Virus record (IMG/VR): IMGVR_UViG_3300037153_000467
Location: 1 to 58,397 of that record
Length of the DNA: 58,397 nt
Source of the DNA: a virus
Lineage: Duplodnaviria > Caudoviricetes
Direction: 5' to 3' (one strand)
Position 1 is the stretch's first letter; each line of letters opens with the position of its first letter. Below, piece after piece: positions 54,645 through 58,397 of this stretch. The notes beneath the pieces were generated by a model that saw only the letters and a list, made by a program, of their open reading frames with translations, had not been told where the DNA came from and ran no database searches. The position numbers were made by a program, and so were the translations under genes.

Positions 54645-55009
54645 GACGACAGCTCCAGGTTCCCGCCGTCGATCGAGACGATCGAGGTGACCTTGTCGAG
54701 CCCGCGCAGGATCCCGGCCACGTTCGCCTCGCGGATCAGCATCTGCTCGGACCCGTCGTCACTGGGAAAGTAGAGCTGCTCTCCGCTGGCCTGCGAGCGG
54801 AAGAACAGCACGACGTCGCCGGGCTTAACCAGCAGCGGAACCGTCGCGCCGCTCGTCGTGATGCGCCCCTGCCCGACTGCGAGGACCTCCGCCTTCTGGT
54901 AGGGGGTGTTGTCGGTCGCGAGCTGGGGCACGTAAAGCCCGGCCTTCGTGCGCTCGTCGGGCTTGAGCAGGCGGACCAGCATGCGGTCGTAGAGCGGTTC
55001 GATCTGCAT
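54641..55009 (-). CDS. groES: Co-chaperonin GroES
   Basis: PLYDRMLV, TKAGLYVP, VLAVGQG and VKPGDVVLF motifs. Confidence 0.93.
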   Translation of the reverse strand: MQIEPLYDRMLVRLLKPDERTKAGLYVPQLATDNTPYQKAEVLAVGQGRITTSGATVPLLVKPGDVVLFFRSQASGEQLYFPSDDGSEQMLIREANVAGILRGLDKVTSIVSIDGGNLELSS

Positions 55010-55533
55010 CAGAGCTTCCTCGTCGGTGAAAGGAACTGGTCCAGCGGGAAGTACGTGCTGGCCCGGAAGTGCTCACGCATCGCGGCCGAGCTCGGCCCGT
55101 CGCTCGTGCAGATGACCGGCGTGGAGCGGCGGATCCCGATGCGATGGAAAATCGCCTGCACGAGCCCGCGCCCACGCAGCGAGTCGCCGATGTCGTCGTG
55201 GTCGCGCGTATACGCGTAGTGGACGATCGGGACGCCCGCGGCGTCGACGTAGACCACCCAGGCCAGGATGTAGTCGCGAGCGCCAGCGCCGTTGCCCGGC
55301 TGCACCGCGATCAGCGCGCGGGTGTCGGCGCGGTCGAGCACCAGGTCGATGCGGCGCTGGTATTCGCGCAGCACTTCCTGCCGGCGCTCGCCCTTGGACT
55401 GCGGCACCGTGCGCTGAGCGCCGTGCCGCGCGATCGCGTGACCACCGGACCATGCGCTGAGCATCGATCGGCTCCAGGTCTTGGCGACGTAGCCCTGATC
55501 CTCGGGGCGCGGCGGGCGGATGACGGGGTTCAT
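55009..55533 (-). CDS. GNAT-like acetyltransferase
   Basis: IRP...ED, VHYAYTR and LRGRGL motif A-like segment. Confidence 0.65.
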   Translation of the reverse strand: MNPVIRPPRPEDQGYVAKTWSRSMLSAWSGGHAIARHGAQRTVPQSKGERRQEVLREYQRRIDLVLDRADTRALIAVQPGNGAGARDYILAWVVYVDAAGVPIVHYAYTRDHDDIGDSLRGRGLVQAIFHRIGIRRSTPVICTSDGPSSAAMREHFRASTYFPLDQFLSPTRKL

Positions 55534-55695
55534 CGCGTCATGCCCTGCCTGTCTGCGGCGTTACCTGATCGCCCACCATGTAACGTGTGGCACGAATCAG
55601 GGTCAGCGGTCAAGCTAGCGTTCTACCTGTTGCCCCGCTCCTATGTCGGGCAGTCGCGCGAAATACGCGCCCGATCGCTGACATCGGCTGGCAGT

Positions 55696-55986
55696 TCATG
55701 GCGGCGGCGCCCAGCATCCTCCGGCGACACCGCCGCACCACACGCGCTCGCGCACGAACGGCGCCATGTCGTAGTAGTACAGGGTCCGCGAGCAGGCCAC
55801 CGGGACGGGCGCCGAGGGCTGCTGGTCCCGGTGCAGCTCTGGCTCGACCAGCGCGGCCGGCCGCGGGAACACCGCTTCGAGCACCGGCAACACCACGCCG
55901 ATGCCGAAGACGGCTGGGACCGTGAACCACAGGAACAGGGACACGGCGGGGCGAAGGCGAGGACGCTGAACGTTGGGCTTGAGCAT
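55696..55986 (-). CDS. Single-TM hypothetical protein
   Basis: Hydrophobic helix. Confidence 0.5.
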   Translation of the reverse strand: MLKPNVQRPRLRPAVSLFLWFTVPAVFGIGVVLPVLEAVFPRPAALVEPELHRDQQPSAPVPVACSRTLYYYDMAPFVRERVWCGGVAGGCWAPPP

Positions 55987-56192
55987 CGGCCCCATCCTGC
56001 AGGAGCGCGCGACGCCGGCGCAAGCTTCCTCACGTCAGCGCATCATTCCGAGGCACACCGCAGCGAGTCGAGGCGCGCCAGGAATCCGATCGCGCTCGGC
56101 ATCGAGCCGGTCGAGCATCTTGGTCTCGGCCGGCGATTCGCACCACTGCAGGTTGTGCACCTCGCGGAACCGCACGAAGACGCCGCGGACCG

Positions 56193-56528
56193 TCATCGCA
56201 TCGCCCGCCGGAGTTCGGCCGCGCGCGGATCAGCGTCGCTCCACAGCGCATCGCGTTGCTCGGCGGTCAGATTGCGCGCCACCCGCAGTAGATGGTCGTG
56301 CCGCTGCAGCGCCTCGCCGAGCGAGTAACCGGTCGTGCCCCAGTCCCATCGCCGCGGGTCACCGTGCGCTGGGCCCGCCCAGCGCTCGGGCTCGGTCAGA
56401 GTGCCGTGCAGCACGAGCTCCCACCACTCGGACCCGGGCCGGGCCGCGGCGACCGCAGCCGGCGCGCGCATGAGCTGGTCGATTCCCATGCGGAATATCG
56501 TGGCACCGAGGCGGACCGCGGGGATCAC
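56193..56528 (-). CDS. Hypothetical protein, 111 aa
   Basis: Coupled ORF. Confidence 0.65.
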   Translation of the reverse strand: MIPAVRLGATIFRMGIDQLMRAPAAVAAARPGSEWWELVLHGTLTEPERWAGPAHGDPRRWDWGTTGYSLGEALQRHDHLLRVARNLTAEQRDALWSDADPRAAELRRAMR

Positions 56529-57121
56529 TTGAGCTCAAGGAGCGCCGCGCGTTGCTCGAAGTCGTCGGCCGGCTCGGCGCGCTTGACCTGAGCCTCAGCC
56601 GGGGCCTCCGGCGCGATCGCGGCCGGCTGCAGCACCGACGCCTTGCGCTTCGGCGGCATGGTCGCCTTGCCGGCGTGGGCCTGCGCGCGGGACACCGCGT
56701 CGTTGCCGATGTTCGCCGCAGCGCACGCGTGGGCGTCGTACTCGCGCCGCGCCACCTCGGGGTCGGCGACGCGCAGGCCGCACCAGCCGCACGCGCACTG
56801 CGTGAAGTACGCGGTGATGCCGCGGTGGTCCGGCACGTCGGCGAGGTTGCGCCAGATGCGCCCGCCGTCGTCGACCAACCGCAGCGCCGTGTTCCGGTTG
56901 CGCTGGTCGACCTCGCGCTGTACGAGCCCGGCCTCGCGCATGTAGCCGGCGATCCGCGCATCGAACGCGACCTGCGACTCGCCCCGACGCGGCCGTGGCG
57001 TGCAGTCGACGTCCGTGATCGCGACGCCGGTGTCGGCCGGCAGCCCGCGCGCTCGGTTCGCGTCGGCCAGGTCGTGGTCGGCGAGGCGGTGCTCGCGGCG
57101 GCGGGTGATGTCGTCGGTCAT
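56525..57121 (-). CDS. Hypothetical protein with CxCxxC...HxC zinc motif
   Basis: GAGG RBS, ORF. Confidence 0.7.
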   Translation of the reverse strand: MTDDITRRREHRLADHDLADANRARGLPADTGVAITDVDCTPRPRRGESQVAFDARIAGYMREAGLVQREVDQRNRNTALRLVDDGGRIWRNLADVPDHRGITAYFTQCACGWCGLRVADPEVARREYDAHACAAANIGNDAVSRAQAHAGKATMPPKRKASVLQPAAIAPEAPAEAQVKRAEPADDFEQRAALLELK

Positions 57122-57152
57122 GTCGGCCTCGCGCGCGAAACCTGATCGCGCA

Positions 57153-57189
57153 TGCGGACACCGTGCCATCGCGCGGTGCCGGGCGTCAA
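57153..57189 (-). promoter_or_regulatory. Promoter: sigma54-like TGGCACG-GTGT-CCGCA, or sigma70-like TTGACG-N18-CACGGT
   Basis: Both patterns fit the same intergenic stretch. Confidence 0.45.
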
Positions 57190-57614
57190 GGCTCGCGATC
57201 GGCAGCGGGTCGCGGCGCCGGCAGCGCTGTCCGCCGGCGCTCGAGCTCCAGCGCCAGGTCGGCGTCGCTCAGCGAGTCAAGCGCGTCGCGGCCGAGGGCC
57301 TCGAGCTCCTTCGCGTACTCGTCGTCCGACATTGGCGTCTTGCCGTGCACGCGCTGGGCGAGCAGCTTGACCTTGGCGGTCTCGAGCTCCAGCCCGGCGA
57401 GGATCTTGTAGCCCTCCTGCGCGAACCGGGCCGCGCGCATGGTCTCCTTGCCCGGCACGACGTCGGGGTTCCGCTCGAGGTCGCGCTGCACCCGCTCTCG
57501 GATCGCGACGAGCATGGCGGCCTGCTGCTCCGCCTCCTTGCGGAGGAACTGGGCCAGCCACCCGTCGTGCGGGCGCCGGCCGCCGGTCACCGATCCGTTG
57601 TCGTCCCAGGGCAC
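57186..57614 (-). CDS. Possible terminase small subunit
   Basis: Helical 142 aa ending LDSLSDADL, upstream of the packaging genes. Confidence 0.4.
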   Translation of the reverse strand: MPWDDNGSVTGGRRPHDGWLAQFLRKEAEQQAAMLVAIRERVQRDLERNPDVVPGKETMRAARFAQEGYKILAGLELETAKVKLLAQRVHGKTPMSDDEYAKELEALGRDALDSLSDADLALELERRRTALPAPRPAADREP

Positions 57615-57617
57615 CGA

Positions 57618-57806
57618 CTACTTCTTCGAGGACTTGGCCTCGGCCGGGGGCGGCGCCGCTGGCTCAGGGTCCGGGTCGGTCAGCGCGGCGATCTTCGGGG
57701 TCAGGGTCGCGAGGCCGGGCTGCGTCGGCAGATCCGCGTTCATCTTCTGCGAAGCGCGCACGAGGCACGCGATCTCGTCGTCTTCCACGATCAGCGTCTT
57801 GGGCAT
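57618..57806 (-). CDS. Small hypothetical protein
   Basis: ORF; TTGACG-N18-CAGCTT upstream. Confidence 0.6.
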   Translation of the reverse strand: MPKTLIVEDDEIACLVRASQKMNADLPTQPGLATLTPKIAALTDPDPEPAAPPPAEAKSSKK

Positions 57807-57849
57807 GCCCCAAGCTGGCACGCCGGGTGACCGGGCGTCAAGCTGGCGC

Positions 57850-58038
57850 TCAGCAGCAGCTCACGCCCGGGCAGCTCCAGTTGCCGCTCTCGCACCCGCC
57901 GGCGTCGCTGGCGCAGTTCGGCCCGGTACCGATCAGGGTCAGCTTGGGCGCACCGCCGGCCACGCGCTCGAGCTCAAGCGACGCCAGCATGCGGACGGTC
58001 TCGGATCTCAGGGTGATTCGGCGGGCGAGCTTGCGCAT
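57850..58038 (-). CDS. RiPP/lanthipeptide-like precursor peptide 3, 62 aa: MRKLARRITLRSETVRMLASLELERVAGG|APKLTLIGTGPNCASDAGGCESGNWSCPGVSCC
   Basis: Double-glycine leader; core with 5 Cys and 6 Ser/Thr; TTGACA at 58067-58072. Confidence 0.85.
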   Translation of the reverse strand: MRKLARRITLRSETVRMLASLELERVAGGAPKLTLIGTGPNCASDAGGCESGNWSCPGVSCC

Positions 58039-58211
58039 GCCTCATGGGCGCACGGTTCGGCGCGCCTGTCAACCCCGCGCTCGGCGCCGCGGGCATCGGC
58101 GATCACGTGCTCGAGGAACCGCCGGCCGTCCGGCGTCGACACCATCCACGTGACGAGCGCGACCTGGTCGGACGTGAGCTCGGGCAGCCGAAGGAGCGCG
58201 TTACCGGGCAT
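58008..58211 (-). CDS. Small hypothetical protein
   Basis: ORF overlapping its neighbours. Confidence 0.4.
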   Translation of the reverse strand: MPGNALLRLPELTSDQVALVTWMVSTPDGRRFLEHVIADARGAERGVDRRAEPCAHEACASSPAESP

Positions 58212-58377
58212 CGAGCAGCGCTTGGCCGACCTTGGCCTCGGCCGCGGTGAGCGTCTCGACGAGCTGCGCCATCGGGGTTCTGTTGCGGTCTGCGTACTCG
58301 CGCAACCTGCGGTACGTGCGACCGCTGACCGAGATGCAGCGCTGGCCCCAGGATCCGGTCTCGCGCTTGGATGGCAT
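58201..58377 (-). CDS. Ribbon-helix-helix-like DNA-binding protein
   Basis: RCISVSGRTYRRLREYA...MAQLVE. Confidence 0.65.
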   Translation of the reverse strand: MPSKRETGSWGQRCISVSGRTYRRLREYADRNRTPMAQLVETLTAAEAKVGQALLDAR

Positions 58378-58397
58378 GCCGCACCATGGCACGCGGG
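58271..58397. repeat. Terminal direct repeat, copy of 1-127
   Basis: Identical sequence. Confidence 0.97.

Noticed and set aside
55696-55986. VAGG plus Cys near the C-terminus suggesting a double-glycine peptide
   Set aside because: No leader motif; it is a TM protein and the GG falls at the very end.
23480-58397. Long plus-strand ORFs opposite the structural genes (for example 36669-39158, 43001-45241, 46739-48529)
   Set aside because: Antisense shadow ORFs typical of high-GC coding DNA, with no motifs.

Overview
The window is an apparently complete, circular, GC-rich tailed-phage genome of about 58,270 bp. Positions 1-127 are repeated at 58271-58397, most likely an assembler overlap. Gene content is podovirus-like: terminase, portal, scaffold, major capsid, adaptor, nozzle and three large ejection-type proteins, with no tape measure or sheath. 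It also carries an amidase lysis module, a replication initiator with 11-bp iterons and a G39P-like loader, RecE-like and Sak4-like recombination genes with an HNH-AP2 endonuclease, two DNA methyltransferases, GroES, a tRNA-Arg(CCT) and many short accessory genes. No integrase was recognised. Several features suggest a Myxococcota host (inference). The most notable observations are: (1) three dispersed RiPP/lanthipeptide-like precursor peptides with a shared leader and unrelated Cys/Ser/Thr-rich cores, with no modifying enzyme or exporter in the genome, one of them missing from the ORF track; (2) four intergenic sigma54-type promoters with a shared upstream motif heading the accessory operons; (3) a non-structural protein carrying a diverged copy of a segment of the phage's own major capsid protein; (4) an ADP-ribosyltransferase domain inside an ejection protein; (5) an Ead/Ea22 paralog fused to a zinc anti-sigma finger. 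All family assignments come from motif recognition by eye; no database searches were run.
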